NCBI GenBank assembly: GCA_002329205.1
Contig: DCTC01000001.1
Span: forward strand, 18,530-82,529
Source of the DNA: Candidatus Roizmanbacteria bacterium UBA1450
Lineage (GTDB): Bacteria; Patescibacteriota; Microgenomatia; UBA1406; GWC2-37-13
Reading direction: 5' to 3'
Length of the DNA: 64,000 nucleotides
Position numbers and translations under genes: made by a program. Every line of letters begins with the position of its first letter. Positions within the stretch are counted from its first letter, which is position 1. A model generated the notes under the pieces. That model had not been told where the DNA came from. It did not search any database and saw only the letters and a program-made list of their open reading frames with translations. This document shows positions 1-9,788 of this stretch, one piece after another.

Positions 1-508
1 CAAATACTTGAATATTGTGTTTTTTTGCAAATCTCAAGATATCAATTCGCTCCGTCAATGCGACCTTTGATAGATTTGCCATATACAGATTTTTTCCTTT
101 CAAGATTTTTTCAAAATCCGATTCCTTTTCGATTATGTGCTGATGTGGTGTCCGATAATTTATGACTGTTTTCTCTCCAGTTTTGTTGAGTAAAATCGAA
201 GAAATATTGATATATTCCTCTTCCAGATCGCACAAGTCCTTGTGTGCAACTTTTGCCTCATCAAGGCCTTCAAGAATAAGTCTCTTGAATGGATTATTGC
301 CGATTTTTGCGATGACGCCTGCCTTCAACCCTGCCTTAACAACTCCGATAGCTACATTGGCTCCTCCACCTCCAAGACCTTCATAAAAATGGTCTGCAAA
401 GTATTTGCCCCCCACAGCCAGTTCCAATCTTCCATCATGTTCTGTGATAGACTCTCCTTTGTAATAGAGATCAATCGTTACGGTTCCGATAGTAAGTAAA
501 TCAAGCAT
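1..508 (-). CDS. PfkB/ribokinase-family carbohydrate kinase (partial, 3' end outside window)
   Basis: The minus-strand frame is open from the window edge to an ATG at 508. It reads MLDLLTIGTVTIDLYYKGES...EGLGGGGANVAIGVVKAGLKAGVIAKIGNNPF. The GG / ANVA-G-LG layout is typical of PfkB sugar kinases. The listed + ORFs 162..386 and 242..499 are antisense shadows. Confidence 0.7.
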   Translation of the reverse strand, partial: MLDLLTIGTVTIDLYYKGESITEHDGRLELAVGGKYFADHFYEGLGGGGANVAIGVVKAGLKAGVIAKIGNNPFKRLILEGLDEAKVAHKDLCDLEEEYINISSILLNKTGEKTVINYRTPHQHIIEKESDFEKILKGKNLYMANLSKVALTERIDILRFAKKHNIQVF

Positions 509-613
509 AAAAATAGTATACCGTATAACGTGTTGCGTGCAACGTAGTATTCCAGAAAAAATGAGTAACACGCTTAACGTTACACGATATGTGTTATGCG
601 TTATAATAACTGC

Positions 614-1312
614 ATGCTGACTATCATTGCCGGAGAAGATACAGTTGTATCAAGACAGAAACTTCAGGAACTTCGTGAACAATACAAAAAGAAAGGATAC
701 AGCATAGATCAGGTACCTGTTGTCGAAATTCCAGAGCTTCTGAAAAATGCAGAGGGAGTCACCAATCTCTTCGGACAGGCATCCGTATACATCGTGGAGA
801 ATGTATCATCCAAATATAAAGGCAGAGCTAAAACACCATTCAAAGAAGCTGTCCAGGAGCTTGCAAAAAGCCAGTCAATCCATCTTATCGACTGGGAAGA
901 TGGTAAATCAGCTTATGACCTTTCTTCATTAAAAAAAATTGCCACAACTTTTTATGAAGCAAAGCCGGCAAAAAATATTTTTGAGCTTCTTGATGCCTGT
1001 TATCCGGGCAACCTGACGCAGTTTTTACAGGCACTTGAGATCGTGAACCAGTCACAGGACATCGGTTTTATCTATGCACTCTTGTACAAACACATACGCA
1101 AATTGATACTGACTGCTGAAGGAATCGCAGACAGTAAAACACCACCATGGCAACGTGGCAAACTAACATATCAAGCACAGAAATGGGACAAGAATAAACT
1201 GATACAATTTTATGAAGGTCTGGCCCGTATAGATATTTCCATGAAGACTAGTTCAACGACGTATGACCTCCGCGAATCAATTGAGCTTCTGGTATGTTAT
1301 TATTTGAAATAA
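614..1312 (+). CDS. holA: DNA polymerase III delta subunit-like protein (HolA-like)
   Basis: ORF 596..1312. The probable start is the ATG at 614 (MLTIIAGEDTV...), which lies just downstream of a TATAAT at 602-607. The size, the N-terminal IIxGED start and the helical C-terminal half resemble HolA. The assignment rests on weak family resemblance only. Confidence 0.5.
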   Translation: MLTIIAGEDTVVSRQKLQELREQYKKKGYSIDQVPVVEIPELLKNAEGVTNLFGQASVYIVENVSSKYKGRAKTPFKEAVQELAKSQSIHLIDWEDGKSAYDLSSLKKIATTFYEAKPAKNIFELLDACYPGNLTQFLQALEIVNQSQDIGFIYALLYKHIRKLILTAEGIADSKTPPWQRGKLTYQAQKWDKNKLIQFYEGLARIDISMKTSSTTYDLRESIELLVCYYLK

Positions 1313-1315
1313 GAT

Positions 1316-1546
1316 ATGTCGCATTTAAGTGAACGAAACTTTACCTATGCAGCAACGGCAACTTTTTTATCAGGAGCCGGTTTAGCTTCCGCGCATCTGA
1401 TAGAACGTTTTACGGAATATGACAATGCTCCTAAACTGTTGGCCGGTGCTGCACTTATTGCATACGCAGTCGCACTTGGATTTTGGAAAGAGGAAGAGAG
1501 AGATAGGGAAGTGGAAAAACAAATGAATTACTTCAATAACCAATAA
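1316..1546 (+). CDS. small hypothetical membrane protein
   Basis: 76-aa ORF tightly packed after the previous gene. It has two hydrophobic segments (ATATFLSGAGLASAHL, LLAGAALIAYAVALGFW). I recognise no family. Confidence 0.45.
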   Translation: MSHLSERNFTYAATATFLSGAGLASAHLIERFTEYDNAPKLLAGAALIAYAVALGFWKEEERDREVEKQMNYFNNQ

Positions 1547-1567
1547 TTATTATTTATTTGCACAGTT

Positions 1568-2971
1568 ATGAACACAATTGATACAAAGATATTTAAGGCA
1601 TATGATATCCGCGGAATTTATCCTGCCCAGATCAACGAACAGGTCATGGAAGATATCATGCGGGCGATTTATACTTTCCTTGCTGATGAAATTGGAAAAA
1701 AAGATTTCACAATCGTACTCGGACGTGATATGCGATTATCCTCACCGGCACTTCATGAAATTGCAAGAGAAACACTGAAGAAATCCGGCGCAAAAGTGAT
1801 CGATATCGGTCTTGCCGCTACACCAACCGTTTATTTTGCCGTAAAACAGTATGATTATGATGCAGGTATCCAAATAAGTGCTTCACACAATCCAAAGGAT
1901 TACAATGGAATAAAAATCGTACGACGGGACGGGGACAGTATCGTAAAAATCGGCAAAGAAACCGGAATGCCGAAGATAACTGAACTTGCTGTAAATAAGA
2001 CGTTTAGTGAATACACCTACGACGGGACTATAATGGAAAAAGATGATGTACTACGGGAGGAGATCAATAAAGCAATGGATGCGATCAATGTAGAAGATAT
2101 ATCTGAACTTAAGATCGTAGCCGATCCAGCAAACTCAATGGGAATAATTCCGTTGCAGGAACTGTTTGACCGGATCAACACAGAATTTATTACCATCAAT
2201 TTTGAACTTGACGGGACTTTTCCCGCACATCAGGCAGATCCTCTCCAGCACAAGACACTGAGACAGCTTCAGGATAAAGTTCAAGAAACCGGCGCTGATC
2301 TGGGAATCTGTACCGACGGCGATGCTGACCGTGCAATGTTTATCAATGAAAAAGGAGAAATCATACCAGCGACTCTCATCACGACCCTCATCGCAGGTGA
2401 AATCCTCCGCGACAATCCCGGTGAACGAATTTTGGTTGATATTCGATATATCCGCAATGTCGAAGATATTGTAAGACAAATGGGCGGAGAAGTAGGCTAT
2501 ACTCCAGTCGGTCATGCATTGATCACGAAACAAGTCAATCAAGAAGATGCCGTTTTTGCCGGAGAGTCATCCGGACATTACTATTTTAGATCTATGGGAG
2601 GATGTGAAAGCACCATTCGTGTAATTCTCTATGTGCTTCGTGTTCTTGCACGTGAACAAAAACCTATATCAGAGATACTTTCAGATCTTCAGACGTCCGT
2701 CGAATCAGGAGAAACAAACTTTGAATTGACTGAAGGAACAAAACCGCAAGATGTAATGGAGAATATCAAAAAGCAATATTCAGACGGTGAACTAAATACG
2801 CTTGACGGTATCGCCATAACATATCCGGATTGGCGATTCAGCGTCCGGAGCTCAAATACGGAACCAGTCGTCCGGTTGAATATTGAAGGAAAATCTCCTG
2901 ATATTGTTAAACAGAAAGAAATGGAACTGAAAAAGATCATCCTTGATATGGGTGCATCAGTTGTGGAGTAA
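1568..2971 (+). CDS. phosphomannomutase/phosphoglucomutase (alpha-D-phosphohexomutase family)
   Basis: Carries the catalytic-serine loop ISASHNPKDYNGIK, the metal loop CTDGDADR and the sugar loop GESSGHYYF. Its 467 aa is typical of the family. Confidence 0.9.
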   Translation: MNTIDTKIFKAYDIRGIYPAQINEQVMEDIMRAIYTFLADEIGKKDFTIVLGRDMRLSSPALHEIARETLKKSGAKVIDIGLAATPTVYFAVKQYDYDAGIQISASHNPKDYNGIKIVRRDGDSIVKIGKETGMPKITELAVNKTFSEYTYDGTIMEKDDVLREEINKAMDAINVEDISELKIVADPANSMGIIPLQELFDRINTEFITINFELDGTFPAHQADPLQHKTLRQLQDKVQETGADLGICTDGDADRAMFINEKGEIIPATLITTLIAGEILRDNPGERILVDIRYIRNVEDIVRQMGGEVGYTPVGHALITKQVNQEDAVFAGESSGHYYFRSMGGCESTIRVILYVLRVLAREQKPISEILSDLQTSVESGETNFELTEGTKPQDVMENIKKQYSDGELNTLDGIAITYPDWRFSVRSSNTEPVVRLNIEGKSPDIVKQKEMELKKIILDMGASVVE

Positions 2972-3026
2972 TGTTCAGAATTTTCGGCTTTGTTGCAGTA
3001 TAATAGTACTTTGCAGGAGATTAAAT

Positions 3027-4661
3027 ATGCCAGAACAAGAAGGTAATCAAGCTAGTAATCAGAAAACGGTAATTGAACTTTCTGACGTTACGGAAAAACT
3101 TTTTCAAGCTCTCAACAAGATAAAAGGCCGCCCGCCTACAGACGAATTTTCAAAAATAACAGTTTCCCAGACTGTGTCTTTCCTGGCCCTTGCATATGAG
3201 AAGGTCAGAAACGCAATTGAGTATAGGGAAGACCACCTTATCCGCCGAGCTGCAATAGAACGTATTCTTAAACGTCGTCTTTCACTGAATCCTGAAGGAA
3301 AAAATGAAGCGGAAAATGTACTGAGAGAACTGCTGTGGGCGCGATATTTTGCCAACGGCTCGCTCGATGAAGGAGATATCCAGGATATACAGACAATTAT
3401 CCAGAAATATATTACTATACGTAGCAGACTGTTACGGGGACGCAGTAGCAAAAGTAAAGGATTTATTGCCGACTTTCTGATCGAACTCATCACGGCAGAA
3501 ATTGAAGAATTTCTTACTCCCGCAGAATCTCAGCGTGAAGCTGATTTCGGCTACTATATCTTTCAGACATTGAAGGACAAAGTAAAAATTGAGGATGTAA
3601 AAGAATCTCAAAAAGACACCTTCCTTTTTATAGCCATTGAGAAAGCATATCGAAAAAGCGATCAGGCATATCAGCGCTATCATTTATTCCGGCTTTTTTA
3701 CAAACCGTTATCTCAATACTCTGAACAAGAACTGGAAACACTTATTACCAAACTCCCTGATATTTTTAAAAAAATTGACGAGCTGATCGCGAATCCCACT
3801 GTAGAAAAACTGGTACGGTTCGTGCGCAAACAACTGCCACCGTTTCTTATCATTTTTTCTATTCTCAGGGACCACAAGGAAGACCCTAAAACATTGTTTT
3901 CCGATAAAAATAAATTGTGGGCAAAAGTAGAGCAGGTTGCGCGAGATAAATATGCACAAGTTCGCTCGAGACTCAACGTACTCGCATTCAGAAGCCTTAT
4001 CTATATCTTCGTTACCAAAATGGTTTTCGCTTTGATTCTTGAAGTCCCGGTGTCTCAAATCCTTTACAATCATGTCAATTATCTGGCAATCCGTATAAAC
4101 AGCCTTGCTCCGCCTATTTTTATGCTTTTTATAATTCTAACCGTTTCGGTACCCGGAGAGAATAACACAAAAAGGCTTTTTTTACGGATTGTGGACATTA
4201 TTGACAAAGACTCTACATTTGAAAAAGCAACTGCATTTATCACGAAAAAAGTTAAAAATAAACGGCCGATTCTCCTTTTCGGTTTCACAATTCTGTACTT
4301 ATCTACGTTTATTGTGACGTTGTATCTTATTCACCTGATACTGCAACTTGTGGATTTCAATCTGTTGAGTGAAGCACTTTTTATATTCTTCATCAGTGTA
4401 GTCGCATTTTTTGCCTATCGTATCAAGCAAATTGCCAATATGTATCGTCTAACTGAAAAAGGCAGCTTCTTTTCTCCAATCGTTGACTTTTTCTTTATGC
4501 CAATTTTATCTCTCGGAAAATTTTTCAGCGAGGGTGTCTCGAAAATCAACTTTTTCATTGTTATCTTTGATTTCATTATAGAAGCTCCTTTCAAACTGAT
4601 TATCGAGGTGATCGAAGAATGGATTACCTTTGTCCGTCAAAAAAAGGAAGAAATTGTTTGA
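3027..4661 (+). CDS. hypothetical multi-pass membrane protein
   Basis: ORF 2943..4661, trimmed to the ATG at 3027 because an AGGAGA lies at 3015-3020. It has a soluble helical N-terminal half and several C-terminal hydrophobic helices (LIYIFVTKMVFALILEV, LAPPIFMLFIILTV, ILLFGFTILYLSTFIVTLYLI). No family recognised. Confidence 0.65.
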   Translation: MPEQEGNQASNQKTVIELSDVTEKLFQALNKIKGRPPTDEFSKITVSQTVSFLALAYEKVRNAIEYREDHLIRRAAIERILKRRLSLNPEGKNEAENVLRELLWARYFANGSLDEGDIQDIQTIIQKYITIRSRLLRGRSSKSKGFIADFLIELITAEIEEFLTPAESQREADFGYYIFQTLKDKVKIEDVKESQKDTFLFIAIEKAYRKSDQAYQRYHLFRLFYKPLSQYSEQELETLITKLPDIFKKIDELIANPTVEKLVRFVRKQLPPFLIIFSILRDHKEDPKTLFSDKNKLWAKVEQVARDKYAQVRSRLNVLAFRSLIYIFVTKMVFALILEVPVSQILYNHVNYLAIRINSLAPPIFMLFIILTVSVPGENNTKRLFLRIVDIIDKDSTFEKATAFITKKVKNKRPILLFGFTILYLSTFIVTLYLIHLILQLVDFNLLSEALFIFFISVVAFFAYRIKQIANMYRLTEKGSFFSPIVDFFFMPILSLGKFFSEGVSKINFFIVIFDFIIEAPFKLIIEVIEEWITFVRQKKEEIV

Positions 4662-5159
4662 TCACTTTTTTTGTGAATTATTTGAAGCAACACCAATTTC
4701 TTCAACCTCATCTGTTGCATTAATCAGATCTATCTTACGCAAATTTACTCCCTGTTTTTTTACCGAAACCAACCCGTTTATAATGCGTCTGGCCTTAATA
4801 GCATCTTTTTGCCAAAGATAGTTCACCGGTTCCGGTTGCTGAATATATGCTTCCATCTCGATAACAAGAGAAGCAAAAAACAAGCCTGTAGTCGTTGTTG
4901 CTTTTACAATATCTTCAAAAGGGATTGAGGTTGTCTGAGTTGACAAAAAAAACAACCCATGCTTTACATCAACTTTATTTTCATCAATAATTATTTCATC
5001 CGGAAAAAAATCGAAAGGAAATACAGATTTACATCTATAAAGAATATGCTGGGATCCCTTCAAAGTATGCTCAAATTTTTCTACTTCTCGTTTCTCGCCG
5101 GTAACTGAAGTAGAAATCTCTTGTGTTTCCTCTGTTGTTTTATTATTAGCATGTTTCAT
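4662..5159 (-). CDS. hypothetical protein
   Basis: 165-aa ORF with an ATG start. It is convergent with the previous gene and abuts it directly. No motif recognised. Confidence 0.55.
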   Translation of the reverse strand: MKHANNKTTEETQEISTSVTGEKREVEKFEHTLKGSQHILYRCKSVFPFDFFPDEIIIDENKVDVKHGLFFLSTQTTSIPFEDIVKATTTTGLFFASLVIEMEAYIQQPEPVNYLWQKDAIKARRIINGLVSVKKQGVNLRKIDLINATDEVEEIGVASNNSQKK

Positions 5160-5227
5160 AGCTTGACTATATCAAACTCATGCAAAAAACAGCATAATAA
5201 TTTGTAAATGTTTTATAATAAACCCTT

Positions 5228-6256
5228 ATGGATTCGTTTTGGACAAAAAAACAATTAATTGGCCTTTCTCCGATGGACGGCGTTACGGATGCAGCTTTCC
5301 GGTATATAACCGACAAGTATGGCAAACCAGACATTCTGTTTACAGAATTTGTACCAGTCGAAGGGCTTGCCCGCGGTGCTACAAAACTGCTTCAGAGCTT
5401 TGTACATCATGCGACGGACACACCGACAATCGCACAGATTTACGGAACCGACCTCAATGCATATTACCAGGCAGCAATCGTAGCAGCCGAGCTCGGTTTT
5501 GACGGCATTGATATCAATATGGGTTGTCCCGATAGAGCAGTTGCACGAAAAGGTGCCGGTGCAGGTCTTATAAAAACTCCAAGACTTGCACAGGATATTA
5601 TTCGCACTGTAAAAAGAGCTGTAATAGATTGGAGTGAAGGTCAAAGTATGGAAAAAGTACAGGTTCATGACGAAATAACCCAAACCATACTGAAATATCG
5701 AAAAACATATCAGTTCCATGTCACAAAAAAGATACTGCCTGTGTCTGTCAAAACCCGAATAGGGTATGATACGGTTGTAACTGAAGACTGGATGAACTAC
5801 CTGCTGGAGGCCGGACCTATCGCGATATCCGTCCATGGAAGAACTCTAGCACAAATGTACACGGGGAGAGCGGACTGGGATGAAATCGGAAAAGCGGCAG
5901 CTTTAGCTCATGATTCAACTATTCGCCTCCTGGGAAACGGTGATATCAGCTCCCTTACTGAAGCAAAACAGAAGCTCAAAACCTATAGATTGGATGGTAT
6001 CCTTATCGGCAGAGCGTCTTTCGGCAACCCGTGGATTTTTTCTGATACTGTGGCAGATTATAAGACGCGATTGAAAACGGCACTCGAACATGCGGAAATA
6101 TTTGCCGAGCTGTTGCCAGATGCACATTTTGTATCACTCCGTAAACATATGGCCTGGTATTGCCGCGGCTTTGACCATGCTGCCGAAGTAAGGGAAAAAC
6201 TTATGCATATTAATACGGTGGACGATGTCCGCCGCATTTTGAGAGAGATTGTTTAA
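5228..6256 (+). CDS. dus: tRNA-dihydrouridine synthase
   Basis: N-terminal LSPMDGVTDAAFR, the FMN/TIM-barrel motif DINMGCP, and the IGRASFGNPWIF motif. Confidence 0.9.
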   Translation: MDSFWTKKQLIGLSPMDGVTDAAFRYITDKYGKPDILFTEFVPVEGLARGATKLLQSFVHHATDTPTIAQIYGTDLNAYYQAAIVAAELGFDGIDINMGCPDRAVARKGAGAGLIKTPRLAQDIIRTVKRAVIDWSEGQSMEKVQVHDEITQTILKYRKTYQFHVTKKILPVSVKTRIGYDTVVTEDWMNYLLEAGPIAISVHGRTLAQMYTGRADWDEIGKAAALAHDSTIRLLGNGDISSLTEAKQKLKTYRLDGILIGRASFGNPWIFSDTVADYKTRLKTALEHAEIFAELLPDAHFVSLRKHMAWYCRGFDHAAEVREKLMHINTVDDVRRILREIV

Positions 6257-7200
6257 ATAGTTCTTCTCAAAAAACTCTGAAGTGACTCAAATTGTTCGGG
6301 ATTATAGATCGAGACCGGAATGACTTCCTTTTGATATGATTTCAGTGTATGTATAAGTTCTTTTTGTTTTTTCTCATCTACAAGGTCTGTTTTTGTTAAT
6401 AGAATTATTTGCTCCTTTGCAGCAAGGCCCGGATTGTAGCTTGCAAGTTCATATTGGACAGTCTCATAATCACGTTTGATATTCTCAGAATTCGCCGCGA
6501 TACAATGGAGAATTACCGGTACTTTTTCTACATGTTTTAGAAATTTGAAACCCAATCCTTTCCCCTTAGATGCGCCTTCAATAAGTCCCGGAATATCCGC
6601 GATGACTTTATTCTCGAAAACACCGAGATTCGGTTCGAGTGTCGTAAATGCATACATGGCCGTTTTAACTTTTGCTGAGGTAAGCTCGTTGAGCAAACTG
6701 CTTTTTCCTGCATTTGGCAAACCTACCAGTCCGAAATCAGCTATCAATCTCAAAACTGTTCGAAATGATCTGGACTGTCCTGGTTCTCCTTGTTCAAATT
6801 CTCGAGGAACCTGATGTGTCGAAGTGGCAAATGATGTATTTCCGCGTCCACCTTGTCCGCCTCGGGCAAGAAGATAAATGCGTTCATCGTCATTGATTTC
6901 AATCTCAAATCCTGTCTCGATATCCTTCAATAAAGTCCCAACAGGTACAGTAAGGATTACGTCTTCACCGTCTCGTCCGTTTTTACGAAAGCTTTGCCCC
7001 GGCTGTCCATCTTCGGCTTTATACGTCTTTGCGCCCATATATTTATGTAGGTCAGCCATTTGACGGTCACCTTTGACCAAGACACTTCCGCCATTTCCTC
7101 CCGGGCCTCCGCTCGGTCCTTTTTTCATGGGAAAGAATGCGACAGCGCCATTACCACCGCTTCCACCTTTTACTTTGATAATTACTTCATCTATAAACAT
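6253..7200 (-). CDS. obg: GTPase Obg/CgtA
   Basis: MFIDEVIIKVKGGSGGNGAVAFF is an Obg fold with glycine-rich repeats. G1 is GLPNAGKSSLL, G3 is DIPGLIEGAS and G4 is TKTD. Confidence 0.9.
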   Translation of the reverse strand: MFIDEVIIKVKGGSGGNGAVAFFPMKKGPSGGPGGNGGSVLVKGDRQMADLHKYMGAKTYKAEDGQPGQSFRKNGRDGEDVILTVPVGTLLKDIETGFEIEINDDERIYLLARGGQGGRGNTSFATSTHQVPREFEQGEPGQSRSFRTVLRLIADFGLVGLPNAGKSSLLNELTSAKVKTAMYAFTTLEPNLGVFENKVIADIPGLIEGASKGKGLGFKFLKHVEKVPVILHCIAANSENIKRDYETVQYELASYNPGLAAKEQIILLTKTDLVDEKKQKELIHTLKSYQKEVIPVSIYNPEQFESLQSFLRRTI

Positions 7201-7296
7201 ATAGTCATATTATAGAGCGACACGCGGATAATATCCAGTTAGAAGATTATAAAAGCACGTTTCTTGTTTCAAGTTTTGTTATAATAAACAGCATCT

Positions 7297-8583
7297 ATGG
7301 AACTTGTGATTATTATTATACTTATACTACTTAACGGATTTTTATCCATGTCTGAAGTCGCGCTGATATCTACTAAAAAGTCACGGCTCAAACATCTCGC
7401 AGAAGAAGGCAATAAAAATGCTGAAATTGCTCTTCAGATGGCTGAAAACCCAAACCGTTTTTTTTCAACCGTTCAGGTCGGAATTACTCTTATCGGAATA
7501 TTGACCGGTGCATTTGGAGGACTGGCACTCTCAGAACCGGTTTCAGTTTTCTTTTATCGGATCGGAATCCCGCCCAAAGCTGCTGAATCACTCGGTTTAG
7601 CGCTTGTCGTTGTCGGTATAACGTATTTTTCGCTCGTTATCGGCGAACTGGTTCCGAAACGTCTCGGAATGGGATTTTCTGATAGAGTAGCTCTTCTCAT
7701 GGCAGGCCCTATGTTTACACTGGCACGTGTATTTCATCCTTTTGTTGAAATCCTTACCAAATCTACTGATTTTGTAATGCATGTTCTGCATATCAAAACA
7801 AAGAAAAATCTCCCGGTAAGTGAGGAAGAAGTTCGGATGCTAATTCAGGAAGGAGCGCAGCTTGGGGTTTTTGAAGCTGTTGAAAAAAACATTGTTGAGA
7901 AAGTTCTCAATATTGGCGATGCAAAAGTAACAGCACTTATGCGAGCACGTAATAAAGTGATGTGGCTCGATGTAAATGCCTCAGATACCGAACTCACGGA
8001 AACGATTCTCGAGCATCAATACTCCTATTTCCCGGTATCTGACGGAGAACTAGACAATATTATCGGTGTGCTGCGCACGGATTCGTTCCTGGCCGAAACT
8101 ATCGAGAAAAAGGGTAAAAAGCTCAATATCAGACAATTGCTTCACAAGCCGCTTCTTATTCCCAAAAATAAAAAAGTTCTTGACGCATTGGAATTGTTTA
8201 AACGAATGCGAATACATTTGGGGATTATTATCGACGAGTACGGCAATGTGCAAGGAATTATTACCTTAACTGATATTCTGGAATCAATTGTGGGAGATAT
8301 ACCGGATATCAATGAACAGGAGGATGCTCAAATTATACGTCGAAGCAAAAATACCTGGTACGTGGACGGACTGGTATCAACTGCTTATTTTAAGGATCAC
8401 TTCAAGATCGAAGAGCTGCCTGATGAAGAAGAGGAGGAATACAACACGATCGGCGGCTTCGTCATGAACAGCTTGGGACGGGTCCCGATCACCGGTGACA
8501 AAGTAACGCTCAATGGCTATCAAATTGAAGTTGCAGATATGGACGGTCATCGCGTGGATAAAGTACTTGTACAAAAACTCTAG
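7297..8583 (+). CDS. hemolysin-family/CNNM transporter-like protein (DUF21-CBS pair-CorC_HlyC)
   Basis: N-terminal four-TM DUF21-like region containing the GELVPKRLG motif, then a CBS pair, then a C-terminal CorC/HlyC-type domain (GGFVMNSLGRVPITGDKV..., DGHRVDKVLV). Confidence 0.85.
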   Translation: MELVIIIILILLNGFLSMSEVALISTKKSRLKHLAEEGNKNAEIALQMAENPNRFFSTVQVGITLIGILTGAFGGLALSEPVSVFFYRIGIPPKAAESLGLALVVVGITYFSLVIGELVPKRLGMGFSDRVALLMAGPMFTLARVFHPFVEILTKSTDFVMHVLHIKTKKNLPVSEEEVRMLIQEGAQLGVFEAVEKNIVEKVLNIGDAKVTALMRARNKVMWLDVNASDTELTETILEHQYSYFPVSDGELDNIIGVLRTDSFLAETIEKKGKKLNIRQLLHKPLLIPKNKKVLDALELFKRMRIHLGIIIDEYGNVQGIITLTDILESIVGDIPDINEQEDAQIIRRSKNTWYVDGLVSTAYFKDHFKIEELPDEEEEEYNTIGGFVMNSLGRVPITGDKVTLNGYQIEVADMDGHRVDKVLVQKL

Positions 8584-8598
8584 TCACATAAATCCTTC

Positions 8599-8937
8599 TT
8601 ATATCTGTTTCGGTACGATTGATTGAATCACGTATGATCCCTGTGTAGACATGTATTGGTAGGAGGATATCTGTGTCGATCTATTTCGGGCTGTTCGAAC
8701 CGATAGCATATTTCCCCAATCTCCAGGCCTACATCCATTACCTCCCCGTACCATGAAATAATACTCAGTGTTCGGCGTCAGATGATTGATTTTATAATGA
8801 ATAGCTCCCGTACTCCGCACTTGGGGAAATTCTACCCCGTAAATCCATTCATGAGCCTTGCGTCCGTAAGCAATATAAAAGGATGTATATTTTCTCGGTG
8901 GTGGTGTTGCACAAAAAAAGCCGGGATAACCCGGCTT
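8599..8937 (-). pseudogene. orphan fibronectin type III-like domain fragment without a canonical start
   Basis: The minus frame is open from 8937 to the stop at 8599. It reads ...TPPPRKYTSFYIAYGRKAHEWIYGVEFPQVRSTGAIHYKINHLTPNTEYYFMVRGGNGCRPGDWG.... The Y.I..L.P.T.Y.F.V pattern is FN3-like. There is no ATG and no signal peptide. The upstream end of the frame overlaps the terminator hairpin of the neighbouring gene. Confidence 0.35.
8912..8936 (-). terminator. rho-independent terminator of the 8960..9199 gene
   Basis: The minus strand reads AGCCGGG-TTAT-CCCGGCT followed by a T run. Confidence 0.7.
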
Positions 8938-8959
8938 TCATTTGGACAATAAATAAATA

Positions 8960-9199
8960 TTAGAGTGTATCATGGGGATCTACCAAAGATCCATCACCCC
9001 ATTCCATCACTGCAGCATTTTCATTGGCATGTTCGCCTCCTTGTCCCGGGACTGCCATACGATGGTTTTCCCAGTCAAATCTGACATCAGGATTGTTGTT
9101 GTTTACATAATGCATACCATAGTCATTGGTGAATGCTCCTTTACCGAACATGGCCGGTACGGCAAGCAGTATAAACACTAGTACAGTTGTATATTTCAT
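8960..9199 (-). CDS. small secreted hypothetical protein
   Basis: 79 aa with a signal-peptide-like N-terminus (MKYTTVLVFILLAVPAMFG). A strong GGAGGTG Shine-Dalgarno sequence lies just upstream of the ATG, and the gene has its own terminator. Confidence 0.6.
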   Translation of the reverse strand: MKYTTVLVFILLAVPAMFGKGAFTNDYGMHYVNNNNPDVRFDWENHRMAVPGQGGEHANENAAVMEWGDGSLVDPHDTL

Positions 9200-9338
9200 G
9201 AATTACTTCACCTCCTTTCTGATTACTGATTTAACTTTACTCGAATATGAAGGTCATATCGAAAGAGAACTATAAAAACTAGGTAAGAAAAATAAGTATG
9301 ATATAGCCACTCAGATCAAGCTATGTTATTCTTAAGCC

Positions 9339-9656
9339 ATGGATCGACTTAAACCTTTTCCACTTACGGAGCAAATTACATCCAGAAAACTTATAAACGG
9401 CAGTCTCGTTGCAGCGATGATATTTTTGGGGGCTTGCAATGATGGAGGAGAGCCGACTCGTGAGCCTGTCCTATGGGTCCCGGAACGGATACGGTGCGGC
9501 AATGGTGAAGGCTACGTCACTCACGAAGAAGACGGATGGGCTTTTCATGATGAACGGATTATCGAAGATGAACCACAGATCAGAAGAGGAATATTCTCAC
9601 AAGCAGAAGCGATCGGGCATTGCACGACAGAGGGAATTCGTAGCCAGGGAAAATAA
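9339..9656 (+). CDS. putative lipoprotein, hypothetical
   Basis: 105 aa with a lipobox-like IFLGAC after a hydrophobic stretch. By eye the gene is visibly GC-richer than its surroundings. Confidence 0.5.
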   Translation: MDRLKPFPLTEQITSRKLINGSLVAAMIFLGACNDGGEPTREPVLWVPERIRCGNGEGYVTHEEDGWAFHDERIIEDEPQIRRGIFSQAEAIGHCTTEGIRSQGK

Positions 9657-9716
9657 TTCATAATTTCCCCTCGGGGACTAGGTATTACATACTGTTGCTT
9701 CTCATCCCCGTACCTT

Positions 9717-9788
9717 GTGAGTCCGCGGGGATTCGAACCCCGAACCAATAGCTTAAGAGGCTACTGCTCTGCCGTTGAGCTACGGACC
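9717..9788 (-). tRNA. tRNA-Lys (anticodon CTT)
   Basis: The reverse complement folds as a cloverleaf. Acceptor GGGTCCG/CGGACTC, D arm GCTC-AACGGCA-GAGC, anticodon loop CTCTTAA, T arm CGGGG-TTCGAAT-CCCCG. No CCA is encoded. Confidence 0.9.

Noticed and set aside
162-499. Two + strand ORFs (162..386 and 242..499) at the left edge
   Set aside because: The opposite strand encodes a continuous PfkB-kinase-like protein with clear family motifs from the window edge to the ATG at 508. The + ORFs are low-complexity antisense shadows.
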